From: a virus
Strand: one strand, 5' to 3'
IMG/VR virus record: IMGVR_UViG_3300036945_000368
Span: 1-64,000 of that record
Length of the DNA: 64,000 bases
Below are positions 26,347 through 34,275 of this stretch, in pieces. The stretch's first letter is position 1; the number at the start of each line of letters is the position of its first letter. The position numbers and the translations under genes are program-made. The notes beneath the pieces were generated by a model. The model searched no databases. It was not told the DNA's origin and saw only the letters and a list, made by a program, of their open reading frames with translations.

Positions 26347-26461
26347 GTTATAGTTCAGTATATTTCAGGTTGGGTAAGTTAACGTGACTTACTATTTGGA
26401 TATAATAGGCTAGATAATTACTAGTGCTTATATTAAGATACGGAATATGCTGAACTATAAC
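26347..26461 (+). ncRNA. Candidate structured RNA B (20-bp stem enclosing two hairpins)
   Basis: 26347-26366 pairs with 26442-26461 with two G-U pairs. Confidence 0.55.
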
Positions 26462-26472
26462 TAAGGAGGGAT

Positions 26473-27276
26473 ATGAAAAATCTTTTGATTGGTTCACGAG
26501 CGTTAGCTAATTGGAAACCTGTGCCAATTAAACTAACAACCGATTGGGACATTATTAGTGCTGCTGATATTTCAACAGACAATATTGAGTGGCATGACAG
26601 ATCATTCTTGAATAACTATGCCTTCGATAGTTTTGCTTCAGATGTAACTGGTGAAATTGATGGTGTAAAATTTCATGTAATGAATCCAGTTGGTTTGACG
26701 ATTATTAAGCGTAGTCATTTATGGCGTGACTTATCTTTTGGTAAGCATATTACGCACTACCACAAGTATTTAGCCACTTGGCGACAAACTTTTCATGCAA
26801 GCACTGAGCATTTATTGCAAGAGCGTACTAAGTTAACTATGGAAGCATACCCACAAGGTAATCCAAACTTAATGCAATCTGTTGAGGGTTTCTTTGATGA
26901 CGCTGTAACTAAGAAATATAGTCATGATTGGTTGCATGAATTAGTTGCTTATCAATCAAAACCGATGTATACTCGGATGCAGCACAATCCAGATATGGCT
27001 TGGTGTGAAAAAGTACTATGGGATAAATTGTCCTACGAAGAACAGTTACAATGCGTAGCTGAAGAAACATATGTAATCGCTATGGAAAGATTTCTTGTAC
27101 CTAAGCAATGGGATTTCCCATATCGATTAGCTTACACTAAATCTTTGGATAAAGTATGTACAACATTATGCTCAGGTTGGTTTAGAGATTTTGCTATCGA
27201 TAATTACCCTAGTATTCTCGGTCTGTTTAATGCAGACAAAATTAACGCTGTAAAAGCAATCATTGAAAAGGAGTGA
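26473..27276 (+). CDS. Phage protein with N-terminal nucleotidyltransferase-like motif (DUF7275-like)
   Basis: LIGSRAL...TDWDII; IKRSH; FFDDAV..KYSHDWLHE. Confidence 0.7.
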   Translation: MKNLLIGSRALANWKPVPIKLTTDWDIISAADISTDNIEWHDRSFLNNYAFDSFASDVTGEIDGVKFHVMNPVGLTIIKRSHLWRDLSFGKHITHYHKYLATWRQTFHASTEHLLQERTKLTMEAYPQGNPNLMQSVEGFFDDAVTKKYSHDWLHELVAYQSKPMYTRMQHNPDMAWCEKVLWDKLSYEEQLQCVAEETYVIAMERFLVPKQWDFPYRLAYTKSLDKVCTTLCSGWFRDFAIDNYPSILGLFNADKINAVKAIIEKE

Positions 27277-27279
27277 GTT

Positions 27280-27633
27280 ATGAGTTTACAAGATACAATC
27301 AAAGCTTTGTTTGATGAAACAAGCGATAGAATTTTAGAGGAAGGTTTTTTCCACGAGGAAATTAGTCCTGATTATGAAGGCTATGAAGAAGACGAAGATT
27401 CTGTAGACGGTTTATCAAAAGCATTAACTATTGCTCAGGTATCCTTTGAATGCGTAGAACAACACGGTGGCGAAGGTGAAGGTGAAGACTTTTATACTGT
27501 CTACAAATTCACTAAGGGCGATGAAACAGTATTCGTTAAGTTTCAGGGTTGGTATCAGTCCTACAACGGGTCAGAAATGACTGGTTGGGCTTTCGTTACA
27601 CCTAAGCAAGTAATGGTGACTGTATATGGTTAA
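27280..27633 (+). CDS. Acidic hypothetical protein
   Basis: GGEGEGEDFYTVYKF...KFQGWYQSYNG. Confidence 0.78.
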   Translation: MSLQDTIKALFDETSDRILEEGFFHEEISPDYEGYEEDEDSVDGLSKALTIAQVSFECVEQHGGEGEGEDFYTVYKFTKGDETVFVKFQGWYQSYNGSEMTGWAFVTPKQVMVTVYG

Positions 27634-28066
27634 AAAGACTTTACGTACTCAACTAAAAGAAGAGACTAAAACTCTTAAAGAACAAATTGCAGCCCTAATT
27701 GCTGAGAAGGAAGCAGAGCTAATTAAGAATGCTTCTTTAGCAGATAAGGTTATCTACTTTTTTGAGGACATGCCTCGCTCTGAGGTAGAGGAAGCCATGT
27801 TTCGCGGTTATGGGACTTTACTTATTAACAACATTAAGGCCCGTTTAAAACCACATAACATTGATTATCATCTAGTTGAAGAACTTGGCGGTGATGAAGT
27901 GGAAAGTGGAAATGAATACTGGAAGGTATATTCATTCTATGATGGTGTAGAGGACTGTCTTATCAAGTTTGATGGGCACTATTCTTCATATGATGGTGCT
28001 GAAATGCGAAACTTTTTCGTCGTCAAGTCAACAACAAAACAAATCATAGTATTTGAAAAAGTTTAA
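27626..28066 (+). CDS. Hypothetical protein, paralog of 27280-27633
   Basis: GGDE..GNEYWKVYSF...KFDGHYSSYDG. Confidence 0.78.
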   Translation: MVKKTLRTQLKEETKTLKEQIAALIAEKEAELIKNASLADKVIYFFEDMPRSEVEEAMFRGYGTLLINNIKARLKPHNIDYHLVEELGGDEVESGNEYWKVYSFYDGVEDCLIKFDGHYSSYDGAEMRNFFVVKSTTKQIIVFEKV

Positions 28067-28073
28067 TCTATAA

Positions 28074-28148
28074 GTGAGTGAAGCCGAGAAGTCAGGCAGC
28101 GACCTCATAAGTCGTTGGAAGCAGGAGCGTTACCTGTCGCTCACACCA
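28074..28148 (+). tRNA. tRNA with CAT anticodon (Met or Ile2), atypical D and T loops
   Basis: GTGAGTG/CGCTCAC acceptor, GCGAC-CTCATAA-GTCGT, T loop AGCGTTA, encoded CCA. Confidence 0.82.
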
Positions 28149-28149
28149 G

Positions 28150-28178
28150 TTGACAAGTTGTACCAAATCTGGTATAAT
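28150..28178 (+). promoter_or_regulatory. Consensus sigma70 promoter of the SSB gene
   Basis: TTGACA-17-(TG)TATAAT. Confidence 0.92.
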
Positions 28179-28186
28179 TTGTGCTT

Positions 28187-28250
28187 AGGTTGGCAGACCT
28201 TAAAACTGCCACACAATAGTCAATCCTAAAGTCAACCCTAAAGTAAGGAG
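28187..28250 (+). promoter_or_regulatory. H-type pseudoknot plus 12-nt direct repeats in the SSB leader
   Basis: AGGT/ACCT and GGCAG/CTGCC; AGTCAATCCTAA, AGTCAACCCTAA. Confidence 0.6.
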
Positions 28251-28255
28251 TTTAT

Positions 28256-28909
28256 ATGAGTTTCAACAGAGAAAAAATTTCTGGTATGTTAGTTTACGTT
28301 TCCGTTAATGAGGCTAAGAAAGCACTGCAAAAAGCTGGCGCTCCAAAGAAGCCAGATGAATGGAAAGCAAGCGTAGTAATTACCGATGAAGATTATGCAG
28401 ATGATTTAGAAGCATATGCAAAAGAACTAGATACGATGATTTCCCTCAAGAAAGTCAAACGTACTGAGTTCGAAAATATCTACAAGGTAGCACCTCCTGA
28501 AGGTGATGGAAAGAACGTATGGGTCTTTACATTACGCAAGAGTACTGAGCTTGGTAAAACTGGTAAACCAGTACCTGAACTCTATCAACCAAAAGCATTC
28601 GAAAAAGTCGGTAAAACACTAGTCGATATTACGCATTCTAAATTAGTCGGTAATGGTTCATACGGTTCTATTAGCGTAGATAAGTTTGAACGTCAAACTG
28701 GTGGTGCATCATTGTTCTTAAAGAACGTTTTAGTAACAGACTTAGTTGAGTACACTCAAGCTGAGAGTAATTACCAAGCTGGTTCTGAGTTTGATGATGA
28801 AGCTGATGGTGACGATACCCCTGCAGAGAAGCCAGCTAAAGCAGCTGCTAAACCTGCTAAGGCTAAAGTCGCTAAAGAAGCTGCAGAGGATGATGACACA
28901 CCATTCTAA
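28256..28909 (+). CDS. Single-stranded DNA-binding protein (gp2.5-like)
   Basis: VGNGS motif; acidic tail ending DDDTPF; position in replication module. Confidence 0.72.
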   Translation: MSFNREKISGMLVYVSVNEAKKALQKAGAPKKPDEWKASVVITDEDYADDLEAYAKELDTMISLKKVKRTEFENIYKVAPPEGDGKNVWVFTLRKSTELGKTGKPVPELYQPKAFEKVGKTLVDITHSKLVGNGSYGSISVDKFERQTGGASLFLKNVLVTDLVEYTQAESNYQAGSEFDDEADGDDTPAEKPAKAAAKPAKAKVAKEAAEDDDTPF

Positions 28910-28913
28910 GGTT

Positions 28914-28932
28914 AAGGGCTTCGGCCCTTTTC
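28914..28932 (+). terminator. Rho-independent terminator
   Basis: AAGGGC-TTCG-GCCCTTTT. Confidence 0.85.
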
Positions 28933-28954
28933 CATAGATTACTAAAAGGAATTT

Positions 28955-29152
28955 ATGACAAAAGATATTATTACCATTATTACTATTTTTGTACTTGCTG
29001 TACTAGTTGTAATTTTTGCCCCTCTTGCTACACTATGGGCAGTCAATGCACTGTTTCCAATGTTAGCTATTCCCTACAACTTTTACAGCTGGTTAGCTGT
29101 GATAGTTTTGAATCTAACATTACGCTCAAGCGTTTCATTTAAGAAGGATTAA
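28955..29152 (+). CDS. Small membrane protein
   Basis: P...LWAVNALFP.L.IPY.F.SW. Confidence 0.72.
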   Translation: MTKDIITIITIFVLAVLVVIFAPLATLWAVNALFPMLAIPYNFYSWLAVIVLNLTLRSSVSFKKD

Positions 29153-29153
29153 T

Positions 29154-29372
29154 ATGCAAAGTAAAGAAGCAATCGCAAAGCTGGTACGCTTATATACAGA
29201 AGAACAATCGCTTGCCGAAGACGTTAAAGCCGTTAAGGATGAAGCAAAAGATTCAGGCTTAGACCCTGCAATCTTAAGCGCAGTAGCCAAGGCTATTGTC
29301 AAGAATAAAGTAGACGACTTAATTGCCAAGTCTAACGAAGTTCTAAAAGCTATCGATATTTCACGTAGCTAA
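29154..29372 (+). CDS. Small dsDNA-binding protein (GapR/DUF2312-like)
   Basis: L.EDVKAVKDEAKDSGLD. Confidence 0.62.
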   Translation: MQSKEAIAKLVRLYTEEQSLAEDVKAVKDEAKDSGLDPAILSAVAKAIVKNKVDDLIAKSNEVLKAIDISRS

Positions 29373-29378
29373 TATGAT

Positions 29379-29407
29379 ACCCGAAGGATAAAACCTTCGG
29401 GTTTTTT
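29379..29407 (+). terminator. Rho-independent terminator
   Basis: ACCCGAAGG-ataaaa-CCTTCGGGT-TTTTT. Confidence 0.85.
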
Positions 29408-29423
29408 GTTAGAAAGGAAGATA

Positions 29424-30404
29424 ATGACAGAGAGAGTTTTAATCATTGATGGCGACTTAATCGCTTACCGCTTTGCTGCAGCGGGTGAACAACGCAGTGT
29501 TTCAGTAAAACACATTAAATCAAATAAAGAACGTATCTTCAAGAATCGTACGACCTTTAAAGAATTTCTAGTTGAAAAGAAGTATGAGTATAAACCTGAA
29601 GACTATCTGATTGAAGATATTCAGACAGTGGGTAGTAAAGATTTTACATTAGGCACTATTGAGAAATTCCTAACACGGATGAAAGAAGAGACTTGGGCTG
29701 ACCGTATGGAAATCTATATCGGCTCTGGTGATACCTTCAGACATAGATTAGCCTTACCTGTAGGGTACAAGAGTAATCGTGCTGATAACTTACGACCTTT
29801 ACTTTTAGATGATACTCGCCACTACCTTAAAGTAAAATATCGTGCTCATGTAGTGCCTGCCTCTGGATTAGAAGTTGATGATGTTATCACCATTCGTTCA
29901 TACGAAGAGCTTGCCAAAGGTAATGACCCTATTCTTGTCAGTAATGATAAAGACGCACAACAAAGCTCAGGTATTCAAGTACTAAATTGGCAGAAGGACC
30001 CTTGGGAATTAAAGATGATTCCAACTGTCGGTTCGTTGTACAAGGAAAAAGCTGCGGTAAAAGGTGAAGGACTAATGTTCTTAGCTTTACAAACGTTGTC
30101 TGGCGATACAGCTGACTGCTACTGTGGCTACGATTTGTCTCAAGTTAAGTACGGACCTACAAAAGCAATGAAAGCTCTAGAAGGCGCTAAAACAGAGCAG
30201 GAAGTACTGGAGATACTAATCAGTGAATTCAAGCGGTTATATCCTGCCGAATTTACATATACTGATTGTCACGGTGTAGAACATGCAGATGCAGATTGGC
30301 GTGATATGCTTCAGATGTATTGGGAGTGTGCTTACATGAAACGTAGTTGGGATGATGGAAGTAGTTTCGTACAATTTGCTGGTGAACGAGGTGTTTACTT
30401 ATGA
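29424..30404 (+). CDS. 5'-3' exonuclease (T7 gp6 / FEN-like)
   Basis: IIDGD, YKSNR, EVDD, DKD, GDTAD. Confidence 0.9.
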   Translation: MTERVLIIDGDLIAYRFAAAGEQRSVSVKHIKSNKERIFKNRTTFKEFLVEKKYEYKPEDYLIEDIQTVGSKDFTLGTIEKFLTRMKEETWADRMEIYIGSGDTFRHRLALPVGYKSNRADNLRPLLLDDTRHYLKVKYRAHVVPASGLEVDDVITIRSYEELAKGNDPILVSNDKDAQQSSGIQVLNWQKDPWELKMIPTVGSLYKEKAAVKGEGLMFLALQTLSGDTADCYCGYDLSQVKYGPTKAMKALEGAKTEQEVLEILISEFKRLYPAEFTYTDCHGVEHADADWRDMLQMYWECAYMKRSWDDGSSFVQFAGERGVYL

Positions 30405-30898
30405 CGATTGACCTTTACAACACAGCAGATGTTAAGAAGGTAAGAGAGGCATTGACAGAAGAGCAGAACAATATTGATGCTCTTACTGGCTTGCCTATCC
30501 AATCTAAACAACACTGCCTCGACCACAATCATTCTACAATGAAAGTAAGGGCAGTACTTTCCAGACAATCTAACGCAGCCTTAGGTAAGATTGAAAATAT
30601 TTGGACTAGGTACTTAAGTTATTGGTATCCTCATGACTTACCTACATTCTTAGAACAATCTGCTGAATACTTACGTAGACCAGATGATGATAGATACCAT
30701 CACCCACATTGGATAAAGAAGGCTAATACAGCTTTTAATAAGTTAAATGAATCTAATAAGGATAAGGTACTTACTGCATTGGGTTGTGATAAATGCAAGA
30801 ATGGTGCAGAACGTAAAAAAGCATTTCAGAAGGCTATATTGACAAAACAGTTTAGTTATGATACACTGTGTGACTTTATTGACAATGCAAAGGAGTAA
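30401..30898 (+). CDS. Endonuclease VII-like protein
   Basis: LDHNH..VRAVL.R.SN.ALGKIEN. Confidence 0.8.
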   Translation: MTIDLYNTADVKKVREALTEEQNNIDALTGLPIQSKQHCLDHNHSTMKVRAVLSRQSNAALGKIENIWTRYLSYWYPHDLPTFLEQSAEYLRRPDDDRYHHPHWIKKANTAFNKLNESNKDKVLTALGCDKCKNGAERKKAFQKAILTKQFSYDTLCDFIDNAKE

Positions 30899-30899
30899 T

Positions 30900-31073
30900 A
30901 TGTTTATTAAAGTAGTAAAATGCCATGATAAGATGCTATGGTACTCTAAGCATGTTGGTGAAATATTTGAAGTTCTACGTGAAGAGGAAGCTATCTATTG
31001 GGCTAGGGAACGAAACTTATGGAACTGTTTAAATTGGATTCGTAAACTAGATTGTGAGGTAGTAGATGGCTGA
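30900..31073 (+). CDS. Small hypothetical protein
   Basis: MFIKVVKC..WY..VGE.F; AAGGAG RBS. Confidence 0.68.
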   Translation: MFIKVVKCHDKMLWYSKHVGEIFEVLREEEAIYWARERNLWNCLNWIRKLDCEVVDG

Positions 31074-31596
31074 AGTGTTTTTAACTAGTGACACTCATTG
31101 GGGTCATGTTGGGGTTTGTAAGTTTCTTGCCGATGATGGCACAAAATGCAGACCTTGGGATGACCCTGAAAAGATGAATGAAGATATGATTGACATGTGG
31201 AATAAAACTGTCGGACCTAAGGATAAAGTTTATCATTTAGGTGACGTAGTTATTAACCGCAGATTTTTATCATTGCTTTCACGGTTAAACGGAAGTCAAG
31301 TTCTAATCAAAGGCAACCACGATATCTTTCGATTAGAAGAGTACTTACCATACTATCGTGATATTCGAGCTTATCACTACCTTGACAAGTACATGTTGAC
31401 GCATATGCCTATTCATGAGGAATCATTAGGGCGATACGCTGGTAACATTCATGGACACTTGCATCAAAACAGAGTAATGAAGGATGGCAAAATTGACCCT
31501 CGTTACTTGTGTGTAAGTGTAGAACACACAGAATTTAAGCCTATTAACTTTGAAGAAGTTAAAAAGCGTTTTATAGCCCAACAGGAGAACGAATGA
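31066..31596 (+). CDS. Calcineurin-like metallophosphoesterase
   Basis: SDTH, HLGD, GNHD, TH.P, HGHLH. Confidence 0.9.
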   Translation: MAEVFLTSDTHWGHVGVCKFLADDGTKCRPWDDPEKMNEDMIDMWNKTVGPKDKVYHLGDVVINRRFLSLLSRLNGSQVLIKGNHDIFRLEEYLPYYRDIRAYHYLDKYMLTHMPIHEESLGRYAGNIHGHLHQNRVMKDGKIDPRYLCVSVEHTEFKPINFEEVKKRFIAQQENE

Positions 31597-32540
31597 AATA
31601 TACAGAAGAAGTAGTTAAAACAATCTTAGACTTGCACTATGATGGTATGGCTTCACGACAAATTGCTAAACTTTTAGAGATTAGTAAGAGCGGTGTTAAT
31701 TATGTTGTTCAACGTAATAATGAATTGCAGTATGACCCTAAAGATGCAGCTTTTAAGAAAGATGGGCCTCGTGTTTTAATCTTTGACACTGAAACAGCTG
31801 CAGCCACTGCCCTTACATTTGGACGATTCAAAGTTAACTTATCTCAAGACAATATCTTAGATAATGGTGGCTGGATTATTTGTGCATGCTGGCGCTGGTT
31901 GGGTGAACAGAAAGTCCATAAGATTTATCTCACACCAGAAGAGGTAGCAAATAAAGACGATAGCAGAATCGTAGCTCAATTGTTTGAGTTGTATGAAGAA
32001 GCTGATGCAGTACTAGCACATAACTCTCAAGGCTTTGACCATAAGGTTGTGCAAACTCGTGCGGTCTACAATGGATTTCCTCCATTACCACAAGTTAAAG
32101 TTTTAGATACATTATTACTCGTTAAGAAGTATTTAAAATTGCCTAGCAATCGTTTAGATGCAATCGGTGAATTCTTTAACTTAGGCCGCAAGATTTCAAC
32201 TGGTGGAATTATGCTCTGGAGACGAGTACAAGAAGGCGATGTAAAAGCTATGGAAGACATGGTTACTTATTGTGCCCAAGACGTTGACCTACTTTATGAG
32301 GTATACTTGCGTACTCGACAGTTAGGCCGAGCTGGTTCAGACTTTAATGCTGCTTTATATTACAACGATGATAAAGTTCGTTGTCGTGTTTGTGGTAGTG
32401 ACGATGTTGAAGCCACTGGTCGTACTACAGAAACCTCTTTAAATAAGTTTGAAGAAATTCGTTGTAATAGTTGTGGTGCTGTCCACCGTGACCGTAAACC
32501 TATTACTACAAAAGAAAAGCGCAAATCGCTCTTGGCGTAA
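31593..32540 (+). CDS. HTH + DnaQ/RNase H-like exonuclease + Zn ribbon
   Basis: FDTET, AHN..GFD, YCAQDV, CRVCGS...CNSCG. Confidence 0.85.
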   Translation: MKYTEEVVKTILDLHYDGMASRQIAKLLEISKSGVNYVVQRNNELQYDPKDAAFKKDGPRVLIFDTETAAATALTFGRFKVNLSQDNILDNGGWIICACWRWLGEQKVHKIYLTPEEVANKDDSRIVAQLFELYEEADAVLAHNSQGFDHKVVQTRAVYNGFPPLPQVKVLDTLLLVKKYLKLPSNRLDAIGEFFNLGRKISTGGIMLWRRVQEGDVKAMEDMVTYCAQDVDLLYEVYLRTRQLGRAGSDFNAALYYNDDKVRCRVCGSDDVEATGRTTETSLNKFEEIRCNSCGAVHRDRKPITTKEKRKSLLA

Positions 32541-32560
32541 TGTTCATTATGTGATATAAT
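32532..32560 (+). promoter_or_regulatory. Sigma70-type promoter
   Basis: TTGGCG-17-(TG)TATAAT. Confidence 0.7.
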
Positions 32561-32582
32561 GCTTTAACAATTTGAAGTAACA

Positions 32583-32608
32583 CCCCGCCTAAACAGCGGG
32601 GATTTTTT
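32583..32608 (+). terminator. Rho-independent terminator
   Basis: CCCCGC-ctaaaca-GCGGGG-ATTTTTT. Confidence 0.78.
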
Positions 32609-32783
32609 GTCTCTTGAAAGGAGTCTTATATGCGTAGTTGGGTTAAATGGTGTATTAATCACCGAGTAAAGTTTCTTGTATACATGGTATGGTTTATTGT
32701 CTTACCTCTTTACTGGATTGTGTATTTTCAAAATGCAGTAGAAGATGCAGTTTACGATTTAAAAGATATTAACAAAATGAAAG

Positions 32784-33302
32784 GTGAATAAGATGCCACA
32801 TAACGGTTACACATTTGACGACTTTAAGATTGACGTATATGCTTTCAATGAAATTGCAGGTAAAGATAAGGCTGCTACACATTTAGACTTGTGTAAACAG
32901 TTTGCACTAATTACAGAAGAACTAAAAGAACTAGCTGACGGTCTTAGCGAGAATAATCCAGTTGAAGTACTGGACGGTGTAGTAGATGTGCTAGTTACAG
33001 GTTTAGGTTTACTACAGAAATTGGAAGCTTTAGGTTTTAATTCTCAGAAGGCTTTATTCGACACTGCAGAAAATAATCTAAGTAAGTACCCAACGGATGA
33101 AGCTGTAGCTATTGAATCAGCTAAGACGCTTGAAGGAAAAGGTGAAACTGTCAATGTTACTTATAATTCTACTTACGAAATGTTTGTAATCAAAGACTTA
33201 CAAGACAAAGTTCGTAAACCTTTTAACTTTGTATCTAATGATTTATCTAACTGCATTCCGATGTATGTATTGAGTAATGGATTTGAAGGATATCCAAAAT
33301 GA
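32784..33302 (+). CDS. MazG/PRA-PH-like NTP pyrophosphohydrolase
   Basis: LITEELKEL...EVLDGVVD...NNLSK...KVRKP. Confidence 0.8.
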   Translation: MNKMPHNGYTFDDFKIDVYAFNEIAGKDKAATHLDLCKQFALITEELKELADGLSENNPVEVLDGVVDVLVTGLGLLQKLEALGFNSQKALFDTAENNLSKYPTDEAVAIESAKTLEGKGETVNVTYNSTYEMFVIKDLQDKVRKPFNFVSNDLSNCIPMYVLSNGFEGYPK

Positions 33303-33679
33303 TAATTAAAAATGAGGTTAATGATTGGTATTTGGCAGGTATGCCTTCAGGTAGTGAAGAATCTGCTCAAATTGCAGGTACTAAATATGATGCTGGTAAA
33401 GTTCAATATACATTAGTACCTCCGTATGCATTACAGGAAGTTGCACGTAATTTAACCGAAGGGTTAAAGAAGTACAAAGAACGTAATAACTGGCAAAAAG
33501 TAGAAGGTGCAGAACAGCGTTACATGGATGCGCTTATGAGGCATTTTGAGGCCATTAGAAGGGGTGAATTGTATGACCCCGATAGCTCCGTACCAGATAT
33601 GCCCCACATGGCAGCAGTAGCCGTTAATGCGATGTTCCTGTTGGAGTTTATGCTCAATCCCGAATTGAAGAAAGGTTAA
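33299..33679 (+). CDS. dATP/dGTP diphosphohydrolase-like protein (DUF5664)
   Basis: KYDAGK..YTLVP...G.KKY..NNW...RH...H.A....N..FL. Confidence 0.85.
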   Translation: MIIKNEVNDWYLAGMPSGSEESAQIAGTKYDAGKVQYTLVPPYALQEVARNLTEGLKKYKERNNWQKVEGAEQRYMDALMRHFEAIRRGELYDPDSSVPDMPHMAAVAVNAMFLLEFMLNPELKKG

Positions 33680-33795
33680 TATGGAAGTATTAGTTTATTT
33701 AGCATTGGGCATATTAACTGCTCCATATATTCTCATGGGCATAGCTGCACTAAAACTGCACTTAGCTGAGATTAAGAATCAAGGTGAAACAGCCC

Positions 33796-33824
33796 TTGAT
33801 TTAACTAAATCTACATGATATAAT
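33796..33824 (+). promoter_or_regulatory. Sigma70-type promoter of the RNR operon
   Basis: TTGATT-17-(TG)TATAAT. Confidence 0.78.
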
Positions 33825-33851
33825 CATTTCTCTCTCAATAAAGGGTAAACC

Positions 33852-34274
33852 ATGAATAAAAAATTAAAATTTCCACCCCGTCCTTCAGCCATTGTAGCCT
33901 TATGTATTGTGTCTGAATCAGAGATTGTAAGAGTAATGCCAAATTACTCGTTTGACTTTGAAAATAATACAGAAGCTTTTAATAAGTTTTTGCATTCATT
34001 AGGTATGGATATCGATAAACCTGTACTACGACAAGATGGGTTACAGCACCGTAATCGCTTGAATGAAGTGGTCGTATGCAGTCGGTGGGTTGGAGAAGAG
34101 AGATTAGATGAAGCTTGGCTATATAGCGGTTACGCTAGTAGGGAAGCGCTCGATAAAGCCAGTGGCTCGAAGATTCTAGAAGACTTGTACCGTAGTCGTT
34201 ATCTAACGCAAGACGCTCAAGATTCTTTAGAGGCTCGTGACCGCTACAATGTAGTAAAAGACGAAGAGGAATAA
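33852..34274 (+). CDS. Hypothetical protein
   Basis: ORF track. Confidence 0.72.
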   Translation: MNKKLKFPPRPSAIVALCIVSESEIVRVMPNYSFDFENNTEAFNKFLHSLGMDIDKPVLRQDGLQHRNRLNEVVVCSRWVGEERLDEAWLYSGYASREALDKASGSKILEDLYRSRYLTQDAQDSLEARDRYNVVKDEEE

Positions 34275-34275
34275 A

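Noticed and set aside
26347-26461. Retron msr-msd
   Set aside because: Inverted repeat is present but no reverse transcriptase is encoded in the window
32784-33679. Z-genome (2-aminoadenine) or 7-deazaguanine pathway
   Set aside because: No PurZ, DatZ, FolE/QueC/QueD or DpdA homologue is recognisable in the window
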